Source of the DNA: Octopus sinensis
Taxonomy: Eukaryota
Length of the DNA stretch: 64,000 nucleotides
Reading direction: 5' to 3'
NCBI RefSeq assembly: GCF_006345805.1
Contig: NC_042998.1
Span: 164,734,001-164,798,000 of the forward strand
Notes under the pieces: generated by a model
Seen by the model: only the letters and a program-made list of their open reading frames with translations
What the model was told of the DNA's origin: nothing
Databases searched by the model: none
Program-made: the position numbers and the translations under genes
Shown: positions 1-12,741 of the stretch, one piece after another
Layout of the letters: each line of letters begins with the position of its first letter
How positions within the stretch are numbered: the stretch's first letter is position 1

Positions 1-392
1 CTGCAGTTTCTAGTAAATTAAGCGAGTACGGAGCGACTCCTTGATTGTGTTGTCAATATAAACTTATTTTACTTCCGTCAGGTGTGTAGCGGATATATAG
101 TAACACAAGAATCCAGCAAGTAGTTGCAAATATGCACAGAGGCTCACACCCATACTGCACACATATACAAAGAAACGTGCATGGGCATATACACATAATT
201 TAAAACAAACAAACTAGTGCGTGCAAGCATACACATGTACACACACACACACACCACGCATGCGCGAAGTGAAATATATTGCTCTGAATTTATACAGCTG
301 TGTATATGTATGTGTGCGTGTAAAAACAGATAGATAACCAGACAGACAGACATATAGATAGATAAATAAATAGATAGATAGATAGATAAGCA

Positions 393-439
<47 letters not shown>

Positions 440-441
<2 letters not shown>

Positions 442-774
442 TGTAGGCTTGGCTGTGTGGTAAGGAGGTCACTTCCCAACCCCATGATTCTGGGTTCGGT
501 CCCACTGCGCGACATATTGGGCAAGTTTTTTCTATTATAGCCTCCGGCCGACCGGTATGTTGTGAGTGGATTTGGTAGACGGGAACTTATAGAAGCTTGT
601 CGTATATATACGTTTGATAACCAGTGTTGGTGTGTATGCATCCTCGTAACCTGGCGGTTCGGTAAAAGAAAACGATAGAATAAGTACATAGCTTAAAAAA
701 AGGAGTACTGGGGTTGATTCATTCGACTAAAAATTCAAGGTGGTGCCACAGCATGGCCATAGTCTGATAAAAGA
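440..774 (+). mobile_element. SINE family A (tRNA-derived head, CORE-like CCTTGGGCAAG segment)
   Basis: Pol III A/B-box-like head (TGGCTGTGTGG...GGTTCGGTCCC) and body aligning to the many other copies in the window. Confidence 0.85.
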
Positions 775-787
775 TATATATATAAAT

Positions 788-1039
788 ATATTCTGTTGTG
801 TCTGGGGAGCGTCATTCTCTTTTAGTGCCTTATTATTTAACACACTCACCGGTAAAATTTCCACTTATTTCTTATTTTTATTTTGTAACATTTTCGTTGC
901 GTCTTGCAACCTTTTCAATAGTCTTGACTCTCTTTATTTTAGAAAATAAAAATAAGAAACAAGTGGAAATTTTACCGGTGAGTGTGTTAAATAATAAGGC
1001 ACTAAAAGAGAATGACTCTCCCCAGACACAACAGAATAT
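788..1039. repeat. Foldback: 97-bp inverted arms (788-884 / 943-1039) with 58-bp spacer; probable Penelope-like terminal inversion
   Basis: Arms are near-perfect reverse complements (CACACTCACCGGTAAAATTTCCACTT / AAGTGGAAATTTTACCGGTGAGTGTG); spacer holds a hammerhead-like core. Confidence 0.9.
881..920 (-). ncRNA. Hammerhead-ribozyme-like core, U3-A8 variant, stem I disrupted
   Basis: Minus strand reads UUGAAAA-G-GUUGC(AAGAC)GCAAC-GAAA-A-UG-UUA; perfect 5-bp helix II; local helix I does not pair. Confidence 0.45.
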
Positions 1040-1453
1040 GCTTCAACACGCGAACTCATATAAAGAATCTTGCAAACCAAATCCCAAAACGAAATATATA
1101 TATATATATATCTTTTATCACACACACACAGAGTATATCCTGTGTGTACAGGATATACGATTTCTATTCTCAAGTTTAGTGGACCACGTAGATTACAGCA
1201 TCCAGTCTACTTCGAGTTCAGTGGTTCAGTTATTACTATACTTAGTAGTATTAATAGTTATGTTATTCGGAGCAAATATAGGAGAAATTACGATAAACGT
1301 AAGTTTATATGTCATTTATTCCTACGTACGTTACTCCTTTGTGGTTGTTCGGAATTCTGCATTAACAACAGATTATCGGGGAACATTTCTGTATGCATTT
1401 CTGAACGATTCATAGGCTGTTGCAATTTCAAGCAGTACACCAATATATTGGTG

Positions 1454-1762
1454 GAGGCGCAATGGTCCAATGGTTAGGGTAGTGGAATCGCGGTCGGAGG
1501 ATCGCGGTTTCGATTCCCGGACCGGGCATTGTGAGTGTTTATTGAACGAAAACACCTGAAAGCTACACGAAGCTCTGGCAGGGTGTGGTGGCGACCCCTG
1601 TTGTACTCTTTCGCCATAAGTTTCTCTCACTCTCTCTCTTCCTGCTTCTTGAGTAACGCTGCGATGGACTGGCGTCCCGTCCAGCTGGGGGGGGGACACA
1701 TACGCCACAGAAACCGGGAAACCGGGCCCATGAACCTGGCTAGCCTTGAAAAGGGCGACGAA
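1454..1762 (+). mobile_element. SINE family C, tail type 1
   Basis: tRNA-like head GAGGCGCAATGGTCCAATGGTTAGGG...GTTTCGATTCCC; body shared with 34041, 45097, 46657 and 55057 copies; tail GCGATGGACTGGCGTCCCGTCCAG...AAAAGGGCG. Confidence 0.85.
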
Positions 1763-2137
1763 AGGTAAGGAAACATCAATATATTGTACTTTGTTCACTG
1801 TCTGCAACCTATTGGTCCCTGCTGAATCAATTGAAAGGGAACATGTGATGCTGTTAAACTGAGGTGAGAGATTAATTAATCTGTCTCCGTGCTTGTGTTA
1901 AGCATATGTATGTGCGTACATATGTAGTTTTGTGTGTGTTAGTGCATATGTATTAGCGGTCTGCATGTATATCTGTACACATGTATGAATGCGTGAGTGT
2001 AACACAATGTTATGAAAAGATAAACCTATTACTGTATCAGAAACACAAAAAGCGAAACACACAATAGATCTTAAATAGTGTAGTAATTGTAATTTAATGG
2101 ATGAAATAGGCTACAAAAAGTCAACTTGTAAATCCCT

Positions 2138-2535
2138 TATCTTTTACATGTCCCAGTCATTGAACTGCGACCATACTGGAGCACTTTTCAGGGTTTAATC
2201 GAATGAATCGAGCGCAGTACAGTACTTGTTTTTAAAGTCTGTTACTTATTCTGTCCATCGTTTGCCGAACTGCTTGGTTGCGAGGATTTAGAAAAACAAT
2301 ACCAATTGTAAAATGGTGTGTGTGTGTGTGTGGGGGACAAACATAATACAAACACAAAGGCACACGCACTTACGATATACACATATACACAACGGGCTTC
2401 TGTCTACCAAATCCACTTACAAGGCTTTGGTCGACCTGAGGCTAGAGCAGAAGCACTTCCCAGGGTGCCACACAACAAAACTGGACCGAAAACCATAGGT
2501 TGGGAAACAAGCTTTTTTAACGACACATCCTATAT
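2138..2535 (-). mobile_element. SINE family A, degenerate
   Basis: Reverse-complement match to family A head, internal (TG)n and tail. Confidence 0.75.
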
Positions 2536-2561
2536 GTGTGCGTCTTTGTGTCTGTTTGCAC

Positions 2562-2735
2562 TCCAACGCATCCCCACCGCTTGCAACCGCTGTTGGTTTG
2601 TTTACGTCCCCAAGATTTAGCGGTGCGTTAAAAGAGACAAATTGAATAAAGAGTAGAATTTTAAAATATGTACTAGATTCTATTTGTTCGACCAAAGAAA
2701 AAAAATGAAAGAGGATGCTCCAGCACAACAAGTAA
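2562..2735 (+). mobile_element. SINE family A, 3' half
   Basis: CCCCACCGCTTGCAACCG...TTTACGTCCCC...GCTCCAGCA matches the family A 3' half. Confidence 0.65.
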
Positions 2736-2869
2736 ATGATGAAAGGTATAGTCTTGAGCAGACAAACACCGTCTCAGCCTTCTCACAGTTGACCTAGAGG
2801 AGCATCCAGATGCTGCTACTGGAAGAAGAGAGTGGGCTACACCAGCAGTCAACTGATACTAAATACAAC

Positions 2870-2996
2870 TGTTTAAACTAAAGCAACGTGAAATGAAGTA
2901 TTTTGCTGAAGATCGCAATGTGCTGCCTCGTCTTGGAATTTAACGCATGACCTTATGGTTATTAGCCGAACGCCTAACTACTTAGCCATGCACCTT
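2870..2996 (-). mobile_element. SINE family D fragment (tRNA-like head), degenerate
   Basis: Reverse complement resembles the 14730 copy (AGGTGCATGGCTAAGTAGTTAGGCGTTCGGC...). Confidence 0.5.
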
Positions 2997-3258
2997 TTTC
3001 TTATATTTCTGTAGGCTATGGAGGAAAGAAACCCCCATACTTTTGAGATTTCGAACCAATTTCTTGAAATCTAATCGCTTAAATGCTATAAAAAAAAAAC
3101 TGAAAAAATTGTTACCCTCTGAAGTAAGGATTGGTTGTTATTGCTGGCAATATTCTTTACTCACTATTGTATATGAAATTATCTAAATTCATGAATTTTT
3201 CTAAATAAATTTTGTGCATATGATGTTTGTTTCTGCAGGGTTTTGGTCTTAATTAATC

Positions 3259-3359
<101 letters not shown>

Positions 3360-3829
3360 TCAATGCCTTTAAGTTCTGGAAATTAATTACTGCATGTAAT
3401 CATGTATAAGTCGTACTATTTTATATGGGGTAACTATAAGCGGAAAAAAAATTTGTATTAAGATTTAGCACTACATAAGGGATGCGACTTACACACGAGT
3501 AAACACTGCAACTGATTACTGAAGCTACTCACGAAGATAACCAGGTGTTGGACAATACAAAGGAACAAGAAAAAGACGGGTTTGTTTTTTCTTCGTTTTG
3601 TAATCGATATGTGTCTTGAGGTAAATTTGTACTTTGACGCAACATCGTTTGTTTTGCTTTCCTTTAGCTCTAAATTTGGTCTGATTTATCTTTGACACAT
3701 CAATGTGGTTCCGTCCATGACAATCTCGAACTATTTCCAGACAGAATACTAGAACTTGAATTGAAAGTAAATCCCAATACTTCTTACTGCATGATTAATC
3801 TGTTAATTTAAAATATTTGTCTTTGAACA

Positions 3830-3996
3830 GTTGGAGTGGCTGTGTGGTAAGTAGCTGCTTGCCAACCACATGGTTCCGGGTTCATTCCCACTGCGTGGCA
3901 CCTTGGGCAAGTGTCTTCTACTATAGCCTCGGGCCGACCAAAGCATTGTGAGTGGATTTGGTAGACGGAAACTGAAAGAAGCCCGTCGTATATATA

Positions 3997-4080
<84 letters not shown>

Positions 4081-4283
4081 TTGTGTGTCTGTGTTTCTCC
4101 CCCAACATCGCTTGACAACCGATGCTGGTGTGTTTACGTCCCCGTAACTTAGTTGTTTGACAAAATAAACTGATAGAATAAGTATTAGACTTCCAAAGAA
4201 TAATTCCTGGGGTTGATTTGCTCGACTAAAGGCGGTGCTCCAGCATGGCCACAGTCAAATGACTGAAACAAGTAAAAGAGAGT
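3830..4283 (+). mobile_element. SINE family A, full length with internal (TA)n(TG)n
   Basis: Head, CCTTGGGCAAGTGTCTTCTACTATAGCC, internal microsatellite and tail GACTGAAACAAGTAAAAGAG. Confidence 0.92.
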
Positions 4284-5568
4284 ACAAGTAAATATATAGT
4301 TGGTAAGCTACGAAGTTTTCCTTGTGAATTTTGTGAACAACCCTCTAACGAAGGTTGTACATCACTTTTATAATAATAAAGTTTAGATAGCAAACATCGT
4401 ATCATATTTAAATTAGATTATCATTAAAAGCCTAATCAACCCATGTGTTTGCCTTGTGATAGAATCTTTCATAGAAGAACAGTATTAGAAAACACAGAAA
4501 TATATCAGTAGCAGAGGAAAATCGTCCAGCAACGGCGGTGACATTGCTAAATGTATACTTCTGCCACTCTGAGCTTCATCAGCAGGAAGTATCTACGGCA
4601 ATTGCATGCTAGGACAAAATCCGCCGTTACTTATATAAGTAAAATAGGAACTGAAAAATCACAGATACGTAATTAGCCGTAGGCTGATAAAAAGTTCGTT
4701 ATGTGCGAGAGAAGCAGTATTAGTTTAAAATAGCATTACGTGTATCATACATAAAGATGTATAATCGAAAACCTAAATTTGAAAGCATTCTTTTTATCTC
4801 CATGTTAGCTTTGTCTGAGCAGAGACCTATCATAAAAAGTATTCCAGCCTTGAATGACCCAACATTTTTAGACATTGTGCAAAATGTCCTTTCTTTTCTT
4901 AAAAACATATAATGGAAATTATTAGAAGTGTTGCGATTTCTTGCAAACTGATCAACACAGAGACTACTCACTAGCTCCTAAGTGATTAGATGATATATTT
5001 AGCTGGCGAAGTAGCGGTTGTGTGTGTCAGGTTTCTTTAATATTGGCCGAAGTATTGAACTTAGTTTTCATCCGCAACTTCCAACAGAAATAGACTTGGC
5101 TGGGGCTCGAGATTAAGGACTTTGGTCTGAGGTTAATATCAAGAGCACCTTCTAGTTGTGTTGCCTTTTTAAGGCTTCAGATAAAGAATTTGATTAAATA
5201 TAGAACCAAACGAAGTACTCCTTAATTTTACAATGCTCTCGTATAGTGTCTGGTATTTATTTGCCGTTAGGTAAACTGAACTTTCAAGAGTTACGGGGAA
5301 TTGAACGAACTGTCGGGTTGTGCTAGCTTGTTTGATTACTTCATTCTTCAAGTGAAACAATGTTGCACGTGTTGTTCGTTAAATCTATGATAATCTTAGG
5401 AGGAGAATGCAAGAATTAAATAGGGTTAGTTAGTTTGAAATCAAGGGTCCCGTGTAGTGAATAGTACATTGTCTGATGACAAGTATATACACGAAAATTA
5501 ACCTCTGACATTAACTTATTCACCTTATAAAGGCAGCGCCACTACCATCCTATTGTTTAAATCTATCA

Positions 5569-5576
<8 letters not shown>

Positions 5577-5639
<63 letters not shown>

Positions 5640-5640
5640 A
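5577..5640. repeat. (CTAT)n microsatellite
   Basis: Direct reading. Confidence 0.98.
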
Positions 5641-6307
5641 ACCTGTTAATATGCGTACCTGTATCCCTGTATATATATTTACTTTATTTATCAGTAAAAC
5701 GTTCTACTTTCAACAGCGCGTGGGTTTATTAGAAAATCTTTTAAAACTTCTCTACACTGTACTCGTAATACCTTTGTTACTGTTGCCATCTTCGTTTCCC
5801 GGATACGGAGGGCGCTAAAGATAATACTAACTTCTTTGTAAAGACTTTTAGTGTTGTTGACAGACCGGTGTGAAAAAGATTATTGGTACACACGGGCGAA
5901 TCATACTTTTGTGTCCTTTAATTCATAAGACATCAAGGAGGGCGAAATCTATTAAAACAGCTGTCTATTTCAATGTTGCTGACATTATTTTAGTTGTACT
6001 AATAGATGTTTGTACATATGTGACAGTTGAGAAGTATTACTACGGCAAGGAATGCGAAAAGTAATAAAATCAACGTCACACCGGATGTTTAATTTGGTCG
6101 GGAGAGCTTAGTGGGTAGAGAGTTCAAACGCTGGATTTGACGGTTTCAATTAAAGTCACAGTAAATCATAAAATTACACGTGTCATAATCATTGCCGCAA
6201 CAAAAGAAATTGTAACGTAAAATACTATAGCTCACCGTTTCTTCTATTGTTTATTAAAGCCAATATATTGGATTTCTAACGTGTGCTTAAAATAAAATAT
6301 TAGAATA

Positions 6308-6425
6308 GGTATGTATGTATGTATGTATGTATGTATGTATGTATGTATGTATGTATGTGAATGTATATGTATGTGTGTATGTATATGTATGTGTATGTGT
6401 ATGTATGCATGCTTATATGTATGAT
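6308..6425. repeat. (TATG)n microsatellite
   Basis: Direct reading. Confidence 0.97.
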
Positions 6426-7087
6426 TTTTCTTTGAGTTTAATTTCTTTTAGAGAGAGTTCAATTCGGCTGCTAACAAAGCGACAAGACTATTTGAGTTAA
6501 GAGAGTTCCCGGTGTTTGTAAATATGTTGATGAATTGGTGTGTTGGTTGAATTATCGATACATACACCCAATTTTGTGCATCTATTCACATAATAATCTC
6601 ACATGGAGGAATTTTGGAATGTCTTACAAATCTTCACAGTGCCACTAACAGATTGGATGTGTGCGTCTATGTATATATGTATGAATGTATGGTGTATGTA
6701 AAAATTCGTACATACGTTTGAATGAGTGCATGTAATCTGTTTTTTTTTCTCTTTTAATTATCTGAACCTTTTCTAAAAGATGTGAAGTAATTTCTTACAA
6801 AGAAACAAAACCTCATTGCTGCAATTTAGATAACACCAGTGATAAAGGGTTACATGTTAACCTTTGCAAAAATCCGTTTACATACTGTTTTCGTAAAAAT
6901 GCATCTGCTGGTCTCTAACATACTTAGAGTAATACTGTTAAAAAAGAATATTACCGTACATGGGATGTAGATGTTGGAAGTCAGAGGTTGATGCATCGGT
7001 GGCAAGCGTCTCATTTCTAACGGCAAACTGTTTCGAACATAGGCAAGGCGCAGGACAAAATTTGCTGCCTTTCTTTCAAATATATTG

Positions 7088-7265
7088 GAATCAAATTTTG
7101 GTACAAAGCCAGCAATCTCGGAAGAGGAATAAGTCAATTACATGAACCCCAAAACGATGAAAAGACAAAGTCGACCACGGTGGAATTTGAACTCAGAATG
7201 TAAAGATAGTCGAAGTGCCGCTAAGCATTTTGCCCGGCATGCTAATGATTCTGCCAGCTCAACTC
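7088..7265 (-). mobile_element. SINE family B monomer, internally deleted
   Basis: AAAGTCGACCACGGTGGAATTTGAACTCAG and CTGCCAGCTC are reverse complements of the family B core and head. Confidence 0.8.
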
Positions 7266-7286
7266 CTTTCTATAAAATATAATATC

Positions 7287-7495
7287 GGTTTCAAATTTTG
7301 GCACAAGCCCTTAATTTCAAAAGAGAGGATAAGTTGATTACATCGACCCCAGTGACCATCTGGTACTTATTTTATCGACTCGAAAAGTACGAAAGGCAAA
7401 GTAGACCTCTGCAGAAGTTGAACTCACAACGTAAAAATGAACAAAATGCCGCTAAGCATATTGCTCGGCGTGTAAACGATTCTGCCAGCTCACCG
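7287..7495 (-). mobile_element. SINE family B monomer
   Basis: Reverse-complement match to family B. Confidence 0.8.
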
Positions 7496-7806
7496 TGTTC
7501 CTTCGAGATATAATACTGATACAAATTCTAAATCATCTGATGACACGTAAAAACGTATGCAAGTTGCAAATGATGCAGATTTTGAAGATGCAGTGAAGAA
7601 ATGGTTTAACAATTTGCAGTATTAATTTTATTATTATTATATACGGCAATGCGAAGTAACAAAATGATTAAATGAAGTTTTGAGTATCATCTATAATTTT
7701 GTTATTATCATGTTCAGTGTGTAGTGCATATATTCCCATTGTTGTATATGTATACCATATTAATCTCTAGTATCTGTTAACTCGGATTATTCAGCTTCCT
7801 CTACAG

Positions 7807-8134
7807 CAGTGGTTCTCAACGTAGTTTCATATGACACCTGGGAGTCATTATAAGATTTGGGGAGGTCCTCATACGCAAAACAGTAAATTGGAGGTCCACA
7901 GTAGTATTTTAGAGGCCCTTGACAAAATTTTGCTTTAGATAGCAACAGCTAGGTTTCTTCGTCTAATGTTTTGCATGATTCAAATTACACGAGTTAATGT
8001 ATTAAAAACAAAATATGAATGTTGAAAGAAGTATCTATAAAACTCGTTTCAAAACATCGAATAACTATTGGGGTCCACTAGAATAAAATAGTAATTAAAG
8101 GGGTTCACGGGTAAAAAATGGTTCAGAACCAGTG
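7807..8134. mobile_element. hAT-Charlie-type MITE
   Basis: TIRs CAGTGGTTCTCAAC / GTTCAGAACCAGTG (2 mismatches); 8-bp flanks CTCTACAG / CTCTATAA resemble the Charlie NTCTAGAN target. Confidence 0.75.
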
Positions 8135-8639
8135 CTCTATAAGTTAAGCCACGTTTCATTAACGATATCAAGCTCACCGTAATTTCAGTCAGAACTATAT
8201 TTCTCATGTATTGTGACTAGGTTGACATTGTGGATTAAGAACTCTGGTCGGAAGGTAAAATCACGACTACCTTCAAGTAACTGAATGAAACAAAATATTC
8301 CTTAATTATGCAATACTCTCGTTTATTACAAGGTATTTATTTTCAGTTAGGTGAACTGATCTCACAAGAATATCATTCTTCAAATAGGACATTGTTCTAT
8401 GTATTATGTTTTAAAACTACTATAATCTCGCTTGGAGCATGAAAGAATTAAGTTGGATTAAGTTAGTTTAAAAGCGAAGGTTCTGTGTATTGAAAAATTA
8501 CAGGAGATCTGACATAGAGGACAAGTATGCACATGAAAATTCCCCAGAGTAACTTACTTTATGCATCAATTTTAAGGGTAATGCAACAATTGTCCTAAAA
8601 CGAACGCAAGAAAACAGATGCTTAACATTGAGTGAAATA

Positions 8640-9000
8640 GACTTTCAATGTTGCATTATAGCACCTCTTCGACAACATCTACTAACCACCACATATCGAA
8701 GCGAATCCATGGATTAGGCTTGCACATACGAAACAGATGGCATCATAAGAGTAGGAAAGGAGTGCTTCGGATAGAAAGGGATACACGCCTAGGTGTGTTA
8801 CATAGCTCTAACGCAACAGAATATACGACTGGCAATTTTATTACTTGTCATCAGAAGATCATGCATAGCTATGCTGTCAGAAAACTTCCAAGTTATAGTA
8901 GCAGATTACCATAATAGTCTGACAATCTGTATACCACTTCTACTGAAGATATGATTTTGCGAAACGCGACAAGGATATAGGAAAATACTTGATGTACAAA
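8640..9000 (+). pseudogene. Possible highly decayed LINE (RTE-like) AP-endonuclease fragment
   Basis: Frame-switching translation gives YSTSSTTSTNHHI and IIRVGKECFG, loosely like the YAPT and DFNARVG motifs; weak. Confidence 0.2.
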
Positions 9001-9659
9001 TGGAGTAGAGATGCCGACTGAACTCCATTAGATATAATTAAAGCAGGCTGTGCGGAAATATTAGCAAGGGTGTGAAACACAACATAAGCAGCTGTCCGAA
9101 AAATGTCGCCAAAATACGGTCTATTTACGAAGTATTATGTAGAAGCAAAAAGAGTTAAACAATGTAATTCGCAGAGAAAGTAGTTTTAAAAGATCGATAC
9201 ATAACAAACGATGTAAAGGGCATATTCTCACCCAATGAGTTGGGGAAGAGTCCCAACTTCAGTAAAGTGTATGTATGCATAGCATACCAGACGAAATAAC
9301 TTTGAATAGAGAAAAGAAATTATTCCTTGTAGCAGAAATTAGTCTTTCAGTACACGTTAACATGTTAAAACTAAACTAGCTATGCTAAATTATTGAGAAA
9401 TAAGTCAAAAAAGCTTTAGAGCCATACCTGTGATTATTGGAGGACTCGGTTATGCAGCTAAACGTCTCAGCATCAACGCTGAAAACTGGGTTTCACGAAA
9501 GCAGAAGAGGGATTGTTAATTAGGAAATATCAATTACACGCTATGAAAATAACTGTGAAAATATGTAAACCATTCAATACAATCATATGTATCTGTACAT
9601 AAGTCATAACAAACATACAGAAGTGAAAACAAACAGCTCCACACATACAACGTCAAGCA

Positions 9660-9890
9660 TGCATGCGTATGCTCACATACATACATACATACATACATAC
9701 ATGCATACATACATACATGCATACATGCATACATACATACATACATACGTACATACATACATACGTACGTACGTACATACATACATACATACATACATAC
9801 ATACATACGTACATACATACATACGTACATACATACGTACGTACATACATACATACATACATACATGCATACATACATACATACATACAT
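9660..9890. repeat. (CATA)n/(CGTA)n microsatellite array
   Basis: Direct reading; source of the spurious HTYI/MYVC ORFs. Confidence 0.98.
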
Positions 9891-10070
9891 TAGAATATTT
9901 ACACATATGTAAATACATTAATTCATATGTACACACTCGTTTATTTTCCCTAAGTTCCAATGAAAGAGTTTTGTCGTTTAAAAATCTACTTTTCGTCCCT
10001 CAGAGAGAAATTAAAAAACACATGCGGATATATATTGTTACATACAAAAAAACGTGTTCATAATTTACAC

Positions 10071-10650
<580 letters not shown>

Positions 10651-10680
10651 TATGTATAAATAAAAGAGATAATAATAATG

Positions 10681-10895
10681 GTTTTAAATTTTGCCGCAAG
10701 GGTAGCTATTTTGGGGGAGGGGGATATATCGATTACATCGACCCCAGTGTTTCACTGGTAGTTAAATTATCGACCTCCAAAAGGATGAAAGGCAAAGTTG
10801 ACCTCGGTGGAATTTGAACTCACAACGTAGTGACAGACGAAATACCGCAAAGCATTTTGCCCGGCGTGCTAACGATTTCGCCAGCTCACTGCCTT
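10681..10895 (-). mobile_element. SINE family B monomer
   Basis: AGGATGAAAGGCAAAGTTGACCTCGGTGGAATTTGAACTC is the reverse complement of the core. Confidence 0.85.
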
Positions 10896-11228
10896 ATCAT
10901 CATGATCATGATCATGATCATCATTATTGTTATTGTTATTGTTATTATTATTATTATTGTTATTGTTATTGTTATTATTATTGTTATTGTTATTGTTATT
11001 ATTATTGTTATTGTTATTATTGTTATTGTTATTGTTATTATTATTATTGTTATTGTTATTGTTATTATTATTATTATTATTATTATATTATTATTATTAT
11101 TATTATTATTAATAATATAATAATAATATAATAATAATATAATAATAATAATATAATAATAATAATAATATAATAATAATATAATAATAATAATAATAAT
11201 AATAATTTTAATAATAATAATAATAATG

Positions 11229-11268
<40 letters not shown>
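10896..11268. repeat. Compound (ATC)/(ATTGTT)/(ATT)n tract switching to (AAT)n
   Basis: Direct reading; polarity flips at about 11111. Confidence 0.97.
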
Positions 11269-11719
11269 GCACTGGTGTCGATTCATTTGATTAAAATGAC
11301 TAGAACGAGTTAAAGAAAAGATAGATAATCAAAAACGAGTACTGTACACATATTAACAGAAAGTTTTGCACAATCATCTTTGAAACTCCTCAATTTTGTG
11401 GGAAAGTTACACAATGGTACGTAGCAAGAAAGGGTGTAATAAGTAGTTATAGGTACAAAATAGTAATGCTCTGCAGAAAGTCCAATGAGATCAATATTTC
11501 AAAGCACTATGCAAAGCAAGATAAAAGAAAACTACTCTCACTTGCCATACCTCAACAATCGTGCAGCAATGTCTGAAAATGTTTTGGTAGAACACTGTAC
11601 GTTTACAAATTTGACGCAAGCGATCATAGTAAACTTCTCCAAGTTCAACAAGTTAATGAGTGGTGGGTGAGCAAGTATATGGAAGTAAGAGAGTGTATCA
11701 TATTGCCGAACTAGTTTCT

Positions 11720-11950
11720 TATTTCTTTATTGCCCGCAAAGGGCTAAACACAGAAGGGAGAAACAAGGACAGACAAAGGAATTAAGTCGATTGCATCGAC
11801 CCAGTGCGTAACTGGTACTTAATTTATCGACCCCGAAAGGATGAAAGGTAAAGTCGACCTCGGCGGAATTTGAACTTAGAACGTAACGGCAGACGAAATA
11901 CTACTAAGTATTTCGCCCGGCGTGCTAACGTTTCTGCTAGCTCGCCGCCA
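11720..11950 (-). mobile_element. SINE family B (first monomer plus linker) with 11-bp TSD
   Basis: AACTAGTTTCT at 11709-11719 and 11951-11961 flanks the element. Confidence 0.9.
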
Positions 11951-12057
11951 AACTAGTTTCTATTTCACAGATAGCATTATATGCTTTTTCAGAATATTAA
12001 GTTTGTCAGATCTATCCGATATCAAGGTTAACGCCCTACAGTTTAAAAAGAGGTTCA

Positions 12058-12128
12058 CACATACATACATACATACATACATACATACATACATACATAC
12101 ATACATACATACATACATACATACATAC
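12058..12128. repeat. (CATA)n microsatellite
   Basis: Direct reading. Confidence 0.98.
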
Positions 12129-12434
12129 AGTTTGCAAGTCCAGTACCCAAGATATTCTTTCAGCTTCATAACTATTATTATTGTAGCAACAGGATACTTA
12201 CCAACCTGACTCGAGCAAGCCAAGGCTGAACATGGGATCTTGGTAGGCGGGTAGGAAGAATACAAATCCTTAATTCATATGCTACAAATGATCACGACAT
12301 CTGGAACAATAAAGATCTACAAGACATTCTTAAGTTTTAAAGGATGATGGTTAAAACAAGATAATTTCTTTCACAACCTTGCTACCAAATAGGTGACCGG
12401 TCAAAATTTGCTCTAAAATTAAAATAAAAGAACA

Positions 12435-12600
12435 TATATACATACATACATACATACATACATATACATACATGCATACATACGTACATACATACATACA
12501 TACATACGTACATACATGCATACATTCATACATACATGCATACATGCATACATACATGCATACGTACATACATACCTACATACATGCATACATACATACA

Positions 12601-12634
<34 letters not shown>

Positions 12635-12730
12635 CATACAAACATACATACATACATACATACATACAGACATACATACATACATACATACATACATACA
12701 TACATACATACTACATACATACATACATAT
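12435..12730. repeat. (CATA)n microsatellite array abutting the Tc1 element
   Basis: Direct reading. Confidence 0.98.
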
Positions 12731-12741
12731 TTATATATATA

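Noticed and set aside
798-1415. 205-aa ORF with an internal repeated peptide
   Set aside because: Produced by reading through the inverted repeat; no protein family similarity.
1454-1525. tRNA-like heads of SINE families A-D
   Set aside because: They have A/B boxes but no complete cloverleaf, and each continues into a SINE body, so they are not tRNA genes.
4535-4590. CUGAUGA-AGCUCAGAGUGGC-AGAAG on the minus strand
   Set aside because: Weak helix II, GAAG core and no helix I; insufficient support for a hammerhead.
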